DNA of 64,000 nt from Gemmatimonadota bacterium (lineage in GTDB: Bacteria > Gemmatimonadota > Gemmatimonadetes > Gemmatimonadales > GWC2-71-9), in NCBI GenBank assembly GCA_003221005.1, contig QHTZ01000081.1:32001-96000 (forward strand), read 5' to 3'. Shown piece by piece: positions 11,806 through 21,843 of the stretch. A program made the position numbers and the translations under genes. Each line of letters begins with the position of its first letter. Positions within the stretch are counted from its first letter, which is position 1. Below the pieces are notes generated by a model. That model was not told the origin of the DNA. It worked only from the letters and a program-made list of their open reading frames with translations, and searched no databases.

Positions 11806-12370
11806 TCCGCCGCGCGGCCGCCGTGCACCAGACGCAGGAACTCGTCGCGCGTCTTCGCGTCCTGGAGCAGCGCGCCGCGCAGCGCGCTCGTCACCGTCTT
11901 CGAGTTTTGCTTCTCCACGCCGCGCATCATCATGCAGAGGTGGTACGCCTCGATCACGACGCCCACCCCCAAGGGATCGAGCACCTCCATCAGCGCGTCG
12001 GCCACCTGATCGGTGAGCCGCTCCTGCACCTGGAGGCGCCGCGCGAACACCTCGATCACGCGGGGGATCTTGGAGAGCCCGACGAGCCGGCCGTTCGGGA
12101 GGTAGGCCACGTGCGCTCGCCCATAGAACGGGAGCATGTGGTGCTCGCACAGCGAGTAGATCTCGATGTCGCGGACGCACACTAAGTTGTCGTGCCGCTC
12201 AGTGTACAGGGCGTCGCCGATCACGTCCGCGACGGACACGTCGTAGCCGCGCGTCAGCCACTTGAGCGAGGCCGCGACGCGCGCCGGCGTCTGGCGCACG
12301 AGGGCGCCGCCTCGGACGCCGGCGGCTCCACATGCTCTTCGTGGAAGCTGTGCAGGCTCGCCGACTTCAT
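11802..12370 (-). CDS. folE: GTP cyclohydrolase I, 5' part disrupted near 12300
   Basis: [36 protein letters not shown]; ATG 12370 is out of frame and GEDPxREGL is missing. Confidence 0.9.
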
Positions 12371-12374
12371 CTTG

Positions 12375-12788
12375 TCACGTCCCATCATAGTCCACGTAGT
12401 TCCGATCCGTCTCCCAGAGACGGATCCGTTTGAGGGTGGCCGGCCGCACGGCTGGCTGAAGCACGCGCCAGCACACGACCGCGATGTTCTCGGCGGTCGG
12501 ATTCAGGCCGGCGAACCAGGGCACGTCGACGTTCAAGTTCTTGTGGTCGAGATGGCTCACCACGCACTCCGTCGCGATCTGCTTCAACCGCTGCACGTCC
12601 ATGACGTAGCCCGTGGCGGGGTCGATCTCCCCCTCCACCGAGATGTCAAGGTCGTAATTGTGCCCGTGATAGTTCGGGTTGTTACAGACGCCGAACACGC
12701 CCGCGTTCTCGGCATCGGAGAAGCTCGGGTTCCACAGGCGATGAGCGGCGCTGAAGTGGACGCGGCGAGTGATGACGCATCGCGGCAT
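12375..12788 (-). CDS. 6-pyruvoyl-tetrahydropterin synthase family (Cx5HGH, PTPS-II-like)
   Basis: FSAAHRL, CNNPNYHGHNY, DHKNLN, TAENIA, WETDRN. Confidence 0.92.
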   Translation of the reverse strand: MPRCVITRRVHFSAAHRLWNPSFSDAENAGVFGVCNNPNYHGHNYDLDISVEGEIDPATGYVMDVQRLKQIATECVVSHLDHKNLNVDVPWFAGLNPTAENIAVVCWRVLQPAVRPATLKRIRLWETDRNYVDYDGT

Positions 12789-12790
12789 GC

Positions 12791-12819
12791 TTGTAGGCCC
12801 TCCCGGACAGGACTATCTT
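12791..12819 (+). promoter_or_regulatory. Putative sigma70 promoter for near-leaderless cation exchanger
   Basis: TTGTAG-N17-TATCTT, ending just upstream of GTG 12828. Confidence 0.5.
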
Positions 12820-12827
12820 CGGCGCTC

Positions 12828-14075
12828 GTGCGCCTAAAGGTACTCGCTTCCCTGTCGGCGGCGGGAGGCTCCGCGCTTGCCGCGCTGTGGACCTTTCCGA
12901 CCCTGCTCGCGTCCGCGTTCCTCGTCGCCTGGGGCGCGGAAGCGGCGCAGTTCCTCATCTCCCAGGGCCTGGCCCTCGCGGTGCTGGCGTGGCTTCAGAC
13001 TGCGCCCGAATTCGCGGTCGAGGCGGTCATCGCATGGGACGCGGGACGCGAACCGGCGCGGGCCCAGCTCGCTATCGCGAACCTCACCGGAGCGATCCGC
13101 CTGCTGCTCGGCTTCGGCTGGCCCCTGGTGTACGGCGTGTACGCCGTCGCCAGCCGCCGCCGCGGCGGGCCGGCCCTCCCCACGATCACGCTTCAGCGCG
13201 AGCACGCGGTCGAGGTGCTCGCGCTCATCCCGGTGCTGCTCTACTTCGGCATCATCCTCGCCAAAGGATCGTTCGGCGCCGGGGACGCGGCGGTGCTGAC
13301 CGCGATGTACGGCGGCTACCTCTGGCTCCTCGCGGGCCATCCTCCCCACGCCGTCGAGCAGGCGGCGGACGCGCCCGCGGTGTCGCGCTGGGCGCTGCGC
13401 CAACAGCCCGGCTGGCGCCGGCGGGCGGCCATCGGCGGGCTGTTCGCCGCGGGGGGCGCGCTGTTGTTCGTGACCGCCCACCCGTTCCTCGAGTCGATGC
13501 TCGCCGTGGCGGCGATCCTCGGGATCGGCGAGTTCTTCCTGGTGCAGTGGGTGGCGCCGTTTCTCTCCGAATTCCCGGAAATGGTTTCGACGGTCGCGTG
13601 GGCGCGGCGCGTGAAGCCAGCGCCGCTCGCCCTGATGAACCTCGTGTCGAGCAACATCAACCAGTGGACGGTGCTCGCGGCGATGATCCCGCTCGTCTTC
13701 GGGTACTCGCACTGGCATCACCACGGTACCTGGACGGCGTTCCACTTCGATCGCGCGCAGCAGCTCGAGCTCGTGCTCACGCTGCTGCAGACGGGGCTCG
13801 GGGTGCTGCTGCTCGCGACACTCGAGTTCGGGGCGCCGGCGGCAGGGTTGCTGTTCCTGCTGTGGCTCGTCCAGTTCCTGCTCCCCGACTGGCGCGGCGC
13901 GGTGGCGTGGGCCTATGGCGCGTGGATGGCCGTGCTCGTGATCCTGTTCCTCACCCGGCGGCTGCCGCTGCGCGCGCCGGCGGCCTTCCGCGAGACGATG
14001 CGGCAGAAACACGATCGGCCGGCCCCGCGTATGGCAGGCCGGCCGACCGGTAAAGGGAACGAAGAGGATTATTGA
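12828..14075 (+). CDS. Na+/Ca2+ exchanger (CaCA) family antiporter
   Basis: Alpha repeats LQTAPEFAVE...ANLTGA and FLSEFPEMVS...NLVSSNINQWT. Confidence 0.85.
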   Translation: MRLKVLASLSAAGGSALAALWTFPTLLASAFLVAWGAEAAQFLISQGLALAVLAWLQTAPEFAVEAVIAWDAGREPARAQLAIANLTGAIRLLLGFGWPLVYGVYAVASRRRGGPALPTITLQREHAVEVLALIPVLLYFGIILAKGSFGAGDAAVLTAMYGGYLWLLAGHPPHAVEQAADAPAVSRWALRQQPGWRRRAAIGGLFAAGGALLFVTAHPFLESMLAVAAILGIGEFFLVQWVAPFLSEFPEMVSTVAWARRVKPAPLALMNLVSSNINQWTVLAAMIPLVFGYSHWHHHGTWTAFHFDRAQQLELVLTLLQTGLGVLLLATLEFGAPAAGLLFLLWLVQFLLPDWRGAVAWAYGAWMAVLVILFLTRRLPLRAPAAFRETMRQKHDRPAPRMAGRPTGKGNEEDY

Positions 14076-14266
14076 AGCCCGAAGAGAATGACTGGTCCCT
14101 CACCGTAGCGTCTGTCTTCCCCACGCGGGGGCCTGACATTGGTTACAGTATCCGGGTCCACTATCGAGCCTGTTGGCTCAATAATTGAGCTCTCCGTCCC
14201 CGACCCGTGGTAGAATACACGGGGGGACGGCGCCGTCAAGACGACTCCGCACGAACGGAACGTTCC

Positions 14267-14428
14267 ATGAACCTCACGTTGCTCGCTGCCATCGGCTGCC
14301 TCGCGGCCTGGCTCGCGCTGGTGTTCGTCGCACACCTGGGGGGCGGCACAGTGCAGCTGCTCTGGGCGGCCGCGGTGATCCTGTTCGCCCGGCGCGTGCT
14401 CGCCGGCGCACCCAAGTTTCTCTCCTGA
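14267..14428 (+). CDS. Small two-helix membrane protein (53 aa)
   Basis: Hydrophobic ORF whose stop overlaps peptidase ATG (TGATG). Confidence 0.6.
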   Translation: MNLTLLAAIGCLAAWLALVFVAHLGGGTVQLLWAAAVILFARRVLAGAPKFLS

Positions 14429-16482
14429 TGGAGGCTACTCCCATGATCGCCTGCCGCCGGTTCCTGCTCGCCAGCGCGCTCGTGGCCGTCGCCACAGCTG
14501 CGCCTGTCGCCGCCCAGCGCGGCGTGAATCGGGCCTACCTCGACACGAGCTGCGCGCCTTGCAGCGATTTCTTCGGGTTCGCGAACGGCGCTTGGGTCAA
14601 GACCGCGACCATCCCGGCCGCGTACGCGAGCACCGGGGCCGCCCGCGAGCTGTACGACCGCAACCAGGAGACGCTGCGCAAGGTGCTCGAGCGTGCCGCG
14701 GCGGCCGCTGACACGACGCACGACGCCACGCTCAAGAAGCTCGGCGCCTTCTACGGGAGTTGCATGGACTCCGTAGCCGCCGAGCGGGCGGGGGCGGCGC
14801 CGATCGCCGACGAGCTGCGCCGTATCGACGCGATCCGCACCGTGCGCGACCTGCAAGACGCAATCGTCCGCTTCAACCGGCTTCAGATCTTCGCGCCATT
14901 CTCTTTCTCGGCAGAGGCCGATCCCAAGGAGAGCTCGCACAACATCGGACAGCTGTACCAGGCCGGGCTCGGGCTCCCCGACCGGGACTACTACCTGAAG
15001 ACCGACGCCGCCTCGGACTCGCTACGCCAGAAGTACGTGGCCCACGTGGCGCGCACGCTCGCCCTGCTCGGCACGCCGTCCTCCCAGGCTGAGCAGGACG
15101 CCCAGCGCGCGATGCGCTTCGAGACTGCGCTCGCCGAGTCATCGATGACGCTCGTCGCCCAGCGCGATCCCAACGCCATCTACCACAAGATGACGGTGCG
15201 GGAGCTACAAGCCCTCGCTCCCGCCCTCGACTGGCCGGCTTTGTTTGGCGGGCTGGGGGTGCCGCTGGCCGATCCCGCGGCCGCGCTCGACGTCTCGCAG
15301 CCCGCATTCCTCCGGCTGGTGAGCGCCATGGTCCAGAGCACGCTCCTCGCCGACTGGCGGGTCTATCTGCGCTGGCAGCTTGCGGGCGCCACGGCGCCGA
15401 CGCTCAGCAGCGGGTTCTTCAATGAGGACTTCCAGTTCCAGACGGTGCTGCGGGGCGTCAAGGAGCCGCTACCCCGCTGGAAGCGGTGCGCGGCGGCGGC
15501 GGACGACGCGTTGGGGGAGGCGCTGGGCAAGGCCTACGTGGCGAGCGAGTTCTCGCCCGCGGCGAAGGCTCACGTCGTCGAGATCGTCGACAATCTCAAG
15601 GAGGCCCTGGCCGCGCGCATCCGGCAGCTCGACTGGATGAGCGACTCAACCAAGGCTCACGCCTTCGCCAAGCTCGACGCGATCGTCAAGAAGATCGGGT
15701 ACCCGGACCACTGGCGGGACTACTCGGCGCTCGAGGCCCGAGGGGTGTGGCCCTACGCCGCGAACGTGCTGCAGGCGCGCGAGTTCGAGCAGCGGCGCCA
15801 GCTCGCGAAGGTCGGCCGTGCGGTGGACAAGACCGAGTGGGGGATGACGCCGCCTACCGTGAATGCCTACTACAACCCGTCGTTCAACGAGATCGTGTTC
15901 CCTGCCGGGATCCTCCAGCCGCCGTATTTCGACCCAGCGGCCGACGATGCGGTCAACTACGGGGCGATCGGGGCGGTGATCGGCCACGAGCTCACGCATG
16001 GCTTCGACGACCAGGGGCGCCAATTCGACGCCCAGGGCAACCTGCGCGACTGGTGGACCGCGGAAGACGCCCGGCGGTTCACGGAGCGGGCGCAGCGGGT
16101 CGTGGCGCAGTTCAACGGCTACGTCGCGGTCGACACGTTCCACGTGAACGGGCAGCTCACGCTGGGCGAAAACATCGCCGACCTGGGCGGGCTCACCATC
16201 GCCTACTACGCCTTCGAGCAGTCGCTCGCAGGCAAGCCGCGCCCTCGCGACATCGACGGCTTCACACCGGAGCAGCGCCTTTTCCTTGCCTTCGCGCAGG
16301 GTTGGCGCAACCGCACGCGGCCGGAGACCCTGCGGCTCCGCACCCTCACCGACCCGCACTCGCCGCCGCACGGGCGCGTGAACGGGCCCACGTCGAACAT
16401 GCCGGAGTTCGCCCGCGCCTTCGGGTGCAAGGCCGGAGACGCCATGCTCCGGCCCGACAGCGTCCGCGCGGAGGTGTGGTAG
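14428..16482 (+). CDS. M13 family zinc metallopeptidase (neprilysin/PepO-like), exported
   Basis: Signal peptide; VNAYY, HELTH, GENIAD, DPHSP. Confidence 0.95.
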   Translation: MEATPMIACRRFLLASALVAVATAAPVAAQRGVNRAYLDTSCAPCSDFFGFANGAWVKTATIPAAYASTGAARELYDRNQETLRKVLERAAAAADTTHDATLKKLGAFYGSCMDSVAAERAGAAPIADELRRIDAIRTVRDLQDAIVRFNRLQIFAPFSFSAEADPKESSHNIGQLYQAGLGLPDRDYYLKTDAASDSLRQKYVAHVARTLALLGTPSSQAEQDAQRAMRFETALAESSMTLVAQRDPNAIYHKMTVRELQALAPALDWPALFGGLGVPLADPAAALDVSQPAFLRLVSAMVQSTLLADWRVYLRWQLAGATAPTLSSGFFNEDFQFQTVLRGVKEPLPRWKRCAAAADDALGEALGKAYVASEFSPAAKAHVVEIVDNLKEALAARIRQLDWMSDSTKAHAFAKLDAIVKKIGYPDHWRDYSALEARGVWPYAANVLQAREFEQRRQLAKVGRAVDKTEWGMTPPTVNAYYNPSFNEIVFPAGILQPPYFDPAADDAVNYGAIGAVIGHELTHGFDDQGRQFDAQGNLRDWWTAEDARRFTERAQRVVAQFNGYVAVDTFHVNGQLTLGENIADLGGLTIAYYAFEQSLAGKPRPRDIDGFTPEQRLFLAFAQGWRNRTRPETLRLRTLTDPHSPPHGRVNGPTSNMPEFARAFGCKAGDAMLRPDSVRAEVW

Positions 16483-16520
16483 GGGGGACGAGGGAGGTGG
16501 GACGGGGGACGGGTAAGACA

Positions 16521-16552
16521 ACGGGGCGCCTGCTGATTAGCGGGCGCCCCGT
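16521..16552. terminator. Hairpin between convergent genes
   Basis: ACGGGGCGCCTGCT-GATT-AGCGGGCGCCCCGT. Confidence 0.6.
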
Positions 16553-16578
16553 GCCACAGTAACTCGCAGCGGCTTGCG

Positions 16579-17109
16579 TTACATCCCGAACGTGAACCCG
16601 AGCGTGACGGGGAAGAAGTTCGTCGCGCTGTTGCTGGTGCGGACTGAGATGAACCGCGCCTCGCCGAAGATGTGCATCGGCCCGAGACCGAGGGCGACCC
16701 CCGTGCCGCCGTCGAACGCAGGCTTGGACTGGGAAGTGCCCGATATGTCCACGCTATAGTAGCCCAGCCCCGCCAGCAGGTAGACCTTCACCGGCACCAT
16801 CGGCGCGCCGATGTGATAGACCGCATTAGCCGTCCCGCCGGTCAGCTTGGTGCCGCCGGAGAGCAAGCCGCCCTGGTGACTGGTGTGGCCGTACACGAGA
16901 TCGGCACGGACCGAGAGCGGCGAGTGGGGCAGGCCCAGGTCGAGCGCGCCCATCAGGTGCCAACCGGCGTTGTCCAGAGTGGAGTAATCCCCCGACGGAA
17001 CTACGCCGCCGAGGCCCAAGCTGAGGCGAGGCTTCTGCGCAGCCGCTGGCGAGGCGACGAGCGCCCCCATCCAGCCGAGGACCACCAAGCTCAACAGTAC
17101 CCGTTTCAT
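16579..17109 (-). CDS. Outer-membrane beta-barrel protein (8-strand type)
   Basis: Signal peptide, alternating beta strands, C-terminal PVTLGFTF. Confidence 0.8.
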   Translation of the reverse strand: MKRVLLSLVVLGWMGALVASPAAAQKPRLSLGLGGVVPSGDYSTLDNAGWHLMGALDLGLPHSPLSVRADLVYGHTSHQGGLLSGGTKLTGGTANAVYHIGAPMVPVKVYLLAGLGYYSVDISGTSQSKPAFDGGTGVALGLGPMHIFGEARFISVRTSNSATNFFPVTLGFTFGM

Positions 17110-17162
17110 TGGACTGCCTCCGCATCGCAAGAACTGCAGGTGGGCCAGCGGGCGCGGGGCAG

Positions 17163-17204
17163 ATGATAGAGATGGGGGGGCGGCCAGGACGTGATGCAGA
17201 TCAC
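17163..17204 (-). promoter_or_regulatory. CRP/FNR-family class II promoter
   Basis: GTGA-N6-TCAC at 17191-17204 centred about -41.5 relative to minus-strand -10 TATCAT (17168-17163). Confidence 0.6.
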
Positions 17205-17261
17205 CAATTTCGCTCAACTGATTGTGGCAATGCGGGTTAGCGCGAGGCCCGACGGCTCCGG

Positions 17262-18488
17262 TCAGCGTGTCAGCACCAGCGCGACCACGCCCCACGCGAG
17301 CGTGAGCGCGGTGACGGGCATGCCCACGCGGGCGTACTCCCAGAAGCCGATCGGCGCGCCGCGCTTCTCGGCGCGCTCGGCTACGATGAGGTTCGCCATC
17401 GACCCGATGAGCAGCAGGTTCCCGGCGAACGTCGAGCTCATCGCGACCACGCGCCACACGAGGTCCGAGTCGGGGAGGTTGGGCACCGTGTTGCGCCACA
17501 GGATGACCGCCGGCACGTTAGAGATCAAGTTCGAGAGCCCCGTGAGCGCGGCGCTCACGACGACGGCGGCGCGCCACACCGTGCCGTGGCTCAGGAGCGA
17601 CACCGCGTGGCGATCGATCCAGGCTACGGCGCCCGTCTGCTCGAAGCCGCGCATCACCACGAACAGAGAAGCGAAGAACAGCAGCAGCGACCACTCGACG
17701 CGGTCGATCGCGTAGGCCGGGTCGCGCTGCCCGAGCGCCACCATCGCGGCGCCCGCCGCGATCGCTACGAGGGGGAGCGGCCCGCCGGCGAGCCACGCCA
17801 CGACGGCGCACCCGAACATCGCGAGCCCCTTCGCGACCAGCGGACGGTCGAGGGCGACGGGCACGGACTCGAGCCGCTCGCGGAACGGCTCGCGTAGCTC
17901 CGCGCCATAGACCCAGCGCAGGTAACCGTAGGTGATCGCAAGCCCGCCGGCCGCCACCGGAAGCATGTGCGCGAGGAACCCGCCGAACGTCGCTCCGCTC
18001 CAGATCCCCACCAGCATGTTCTGCGGGTTTCCCGTGATCGACAGCACCGAGCCGACGTTGGAGCCCATCGCGAGGCCGATGAGATACGGGTTCGGTCGCA
18101 CGCGCAGCGGGCCGAGCGCGGCGAGCAGCACCGGCGTGACGACGAGGCAGATCGTGTCGTTCACGAACAGCGCCGACAACAGGCCGCCCCCGATGACGAC
18201 GCCGAGCAACAGCCGCTCGGGCGTGACCGCGCGCTTCAAGACCCATTCCGCCGCCCACTCGAAGAACTTCCCCACCTCGAGGTAGCCGACGATGAGCATG
18301 AGGCCCAGCAGGAAGACGAGAACGTCGAAATCGATGGCGGCGTAGGCGTCGGGGAGCGGCAGCACGCGGAACGCGACCATCGCAACCGCGCCGAGCAGGC
18401 TTGCGGCGGGCCGATTGAGGTGCACGAAAGGCAGGCGCTGGACCGCGATGAGAAAGTAGGTCGCGGCGAAGATGATGAGGCCGGTCAG
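17262..18488 (-). CDS. ArsB/NhaD/SLC13-type anion permease
   Basis: SALFVNDT, SNVGSVLSITGNPQN, SNLISNVP, STFAGNLLLIGSMAN; start inferred (CTG overlapping upstream TGA). Confidence 0.85.
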   Translation of the reverse strand: MTGLIIFAATYFLIAVQRLPFVHLNRPAASLLGAVAMVAFRVLPLPDAYAAIDFDVLVFLLGLMLIVGYLEVGKFFEWAAEWVLKRAVTPERLLLGVVIGGGLLSALFVNDTICLVVTPVLLAALGPLRVRPNPYLIGLAMGSNVGSVLSITGNPQNMLVGIWSGATFGGFLAHMLPVAAGGLAITYGYLRWVYGAELREPFRERLESVPVALDRPLVAKGLAMFGCAVVAWLAGGPLPLVAIAAGAAMVALGQRDPAYAIDRVEWSLLLFFASLFVVMRGFEQTGAVAWIDRHAVSLLSHGTVWRAAVVVSAALTGLSNLISNVPAVILWRNTVPNLPDSDLVWRVVAMSSTFAGNLLLIGSMANLIVAERAEKRGAPIGFWEYARVGMPVTALTLAWGVVALVLTR

Positions 18489-19453
18489 ATCTCCCAGTTG
18501 GAGAACAGCACGCCCGTGCCCGCGTGGGGCTCGGGGTACCCCTCGCAGGTCATGCGCAGGTCGGTCCAGCGCACGCGGTAACCGCGCTCGATCAGGTGCC
18601 GGAACGCCCCCTCGTAGCGCGTCTGACAGCGGATCGCGACGCGGCGGATGCCGGCACGCGCCGCGGCTGCCTCCGTGGCGACGAGCGCGGCCGCGAAGGC
18701 GCGCTCGTCCCGCGCGGCGAGCTTCAGGATGCGGAGCTCTTCCTTGGGCCGGCCCTCGGCGAGCGGCGCCGAGTGCCACAGCACGAAGGCGTCGAGCCCG
18801 TCGCTGCCGTCCACCAGCGTCGTGTCGCCGAGACCGAGCTGCGCCGTGAGCAGAATCTCCCGCGTGAAGTCCGGGCCAGGGGCGAGCGCCCCGACGAGCC
18901 GGGCGGCCGCCGCGGTCGCGGCCTGCTGCGCGGCCGCGGGGCGCTGCGACAGGAGCGCCGGGGCGGCGTGACCACGCGTCGCGAGATCGCGCGTCATCGT
19001 CACCGTGAGGTAGCCAGGAGCGAACCCGAGGCGCCCGTAGAAGCCGATGTTCTCGACCGTGCGCGGCATCGTCTCGAGGCCCACGGTGGCGACGTGCTGG
19101 TCCACCAGCCAGTCCACCGCGGCCCGCACGGTCGCCTTGCCGATCCCCACGCCCTGCCGGTCGGGGCGGACCGCGAGCGGGCCCATCCACCCCTCGGCGC
19201 CCGAGCGGTGCGCCACGTTGAAGGCGACGACCTGTCCCGCCTCGTCGCGCCACACCATCGCGCCGTCGCCCGCGTCGAGCAGCGCGTAGCGCCACACCTG
19301 GGGATTGAGATGCGGCACCCGCACGCCGACCAGGCCGTCGCGGCGGTAGCGGTCGGTGAACGCGTCGGCGAACACCCGGTTCAGGCTCTCGATGTCGCGC
19401 TCGACCGCGCGCTCGGGGCCCGAGACCTGGCGCTCAGGCAGCCACGCCCGCAT
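18485..19453 (-). CDS. GNAT family acetyltransferase (tandem GNAT)
   Basis: LAVRPDRQGVGIGK acetyl-CoA motif, FYGRLGF. Confidence 0.85.
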   Translation of the reverse strand: MRAWLPERQVSGPERAVERDIESLNRVFADAFTDRYRRDGLVGVRVPHLNPQVWRYALLDAGDGAMVWRDEAGQVVAFNVAHRSGAEGWMGPLAVRPDRQGVGIGKATVRAAVDWLVDQHVATVGLETMPRTVENIGFYGRLGFAPGYLTVTMTRDLATRGHAAPALLSQRPAAAQQAATAAAARLVGALAPGPDFTREILLTAQLGLGDTTLVDGSDGLDAFVLWHSAPLAEGRPKEELRILKLAARDERAFAAALVATEAAAARAGIRRVAIRCQTRYEGAFRHLIERGYRVRWTDLRMTCEGYPEPHAGTGVLFSNWEI

Positions 19454-21843
19454 CGGCAGCTCCCGGCGTCGCGGTGTCGTCCCGGACCACACTCGTGCCC
19501 CCGTCCCGGGTAGCGTCATAGTCCACGCGGATCACTCGATCCACCCCTTCCCGCACCTGCTCGATGTGCGTGATGAGAATAACCTGTGGGAAGCGATCAG
19601 CCAGCCGGCGCAGCAGGGCGACGACGTGCTGGCGGCGCGCGTCGTCGAGCGAGCCGAAGATCTCGTCGAGCACCAGGAGCGAGAGCGGCTGGCCGGCGCG
19701 CTCCGCGATCATCTGCGAGATCGCGAGCCGCAGCACCAAGTTCGCCACGTCTTCCTCGCCCCCCGAGATCACGGGCTTGGGGACGCCGCCATCGAGAATG
19801 ACGACCTCGTAGTCCTCGGTGAGATCGATCTGCTGATAGCGCCCGTCGGTGAGGTCCGCCAAGAAGTCCGACGCGAGATCGGCGATCTCGGGGCGCATCG
19901 CGGCATTCAGGTCGGCCCGCAGATCGGAGAATGCGCGATCCAGCTCGTTGTGGAGGCGGTGGCGCGTCTTGCGCTCGCTGATGTCCCGGTCCCGCGCCGC
20001 GCGCTCCTCCTCCCGGCGCGCGGCCTCTTGCACGTCCCCCTCGGCGCGCGACAGGTCGCCGCGGGCCTCGACCAGCGCCAGCTCCGCCTCACGCAGGGTC
20101 CCGAGCGCCCGGTCGTAGCGATCCTTGGCGAGGCGGAACTGCTCCTCGGAGAAGCCCTCCGCCCGGACGGCGTCCGCCAGCTCGCGCACCCGGCGCTCGG
20201 CCTGGGAGAGCAACTGCTCCGCCTGCTCCGCCTCGGGCACCAGGCCCTCCGCCCGCTGCGCCCGCTCCTCGAGCGCCGCGGCTTCCAGCGCCACCGGCTC
20301 GAGCTTCACCAGCTCGGCCCGGACGGCGTCGTGGCGCGCCGCGTCGTATCCCGTGCGGCGCGTCGCGAGCCGGCGCTCCAGGCCCGTGGCGCGCTCCCGG
20401 GCGGCATCCAGCTCCGCCTTGGCCCGCGCGCGCTCCTCGGCCTGCGCCCGCAGCTCGCCTGCCCGCTCGCTCGCCCGCCGGCTCTCCTCTCGCAGCTCGT
20501 CGCGCTGCGCCTCGAGCAGCCCCACACCGGCGGGCGGCTCCGCGAGCTGCTCCAGCCGTTGGCGGAAGAACTTGCCGTCCTCCACGATCGCCTGGAGCTG
20601 ACGGTCGAGGATTCCGAGCACCGCGGCGTGCTCGCCCCCGAGCGGCCGCCGGCACGTCGGGCACTCTCCCTCGGGGCCGAGCTGGGCGATCTTGTCGCGC
20701 TGCTCCTTCACCTCGTCGTACTGCTTGAGGAGCTCCGCCCGCCGCGTCGCGGCGTATTCCTTCTCCCGCACCCAGGCTGCCTGCTGCTCCTCGACTGCCG
20801 CCTCGGCCGCCTGCACGCGCTCGGCGAGGCGCCGTGCCTCCGCCTCCGCTCGCTCGAGCGCCGCCCCCACGTCCGCGAGCTCCGCGATCCGCTGCTCCAG
20901 CCCGCGCGTGGTGCGCGCCAACTCGTCGAGCTGCGCCTGCTCCGCGCGCCGGGCCGCCTCCTCCCGCTGGAGCAGCTCGAGGTCGGCGAGCTCGCCCTTG
21001 AGCCGGGCCACGGGCGCGAGCTCCGCCTCCAGCTGCTTCAGCTGCTCGCGCGCTTTGAGCGCGTCGGCCAGCTCCTTGTCGAGCCGCTGGAACTCCTGGC
21101 GCCGCCCCTCGACGGCCTGGTGCGCCATGCGGCGCTCCCCGTCGAGCGACAACGTGCGCTCGCGCCGCGCGGTCCACTCGTTCCAGCGCGGCTCCTCGCG
21201 CGCGAGCCGCTGCTGGGCCTGCGCCCGGGCCGTGTCCGCCGCCTGCGCCGCGCGCTGCGCCGCCGTCAGGCGGGCTTCCGCAGCGCGGCGCTGCTCGGCG
21301 AGCGCCTGGGGATCGGGGAGCGCGGCCTCGAGCCCCTTCACTTCGGCGGCGAGCGTATTCCGCACCTCGCGCACGCGCTCCTGCGCGAGGCGCAGCCGCT
21401 CGTACCCGAGCACCTGCGAGAGGAACGCGGCCCGGTCGGTCTTCCCGAGCGCTGCCATCACCTTGAGCTCTTTCTGGCCCGTGAAGTAGGTGTTGAAGAA
21501 CTCCTGGTGCGTCATCCCCAGGGCCCGCTCGAGCTTGTCCGTCACCGCCTTGAGGGAGTTGGCGACGAGCTGGCCGTCCTGATGCAGCGCCGCCGTGGAC
21601 AGCGTACGGGCGACCCGGTACTCGTGCGCGCCGAGCCGGAACTCGAGCTCCACCTCGACGTTGGCGCGCCCCTTCACCCCGATGCGCCGGATGGAGTCCT
21701 TGTCCCCGCGCACGGCCTGGACGCCGTACAGCGCCCAGGCGATCGCCTCCAGGATCGTCGTCTTCCCGGAGCCGTTGGGGCCGATGATCCCCGTGATGCC
21801 GGGACCGAACTCGAGCTCGGTGTGCGCGTGCTGCCGGAAGCTC
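19434..21843 (-). CDS. sbcC: SMC-family ATPase Rad50/SbcC (first residues missing)
   Basis: GPNGSGKT, Q-loop, coiled coils, CPTC hook, ISGGE, LDEIFGSLD, ITH; no start codon at junction. Confidence 0.92.

Noticed and set aside
12375-12788. Calling this queD
   Set aside because: Motif is Cx5HGH and no que genes are adjacent
14069-14335. 88-aa minus-strand ORF
   Set aside because: No motifs, overlaps a better plus-strand gene and its likely promoter
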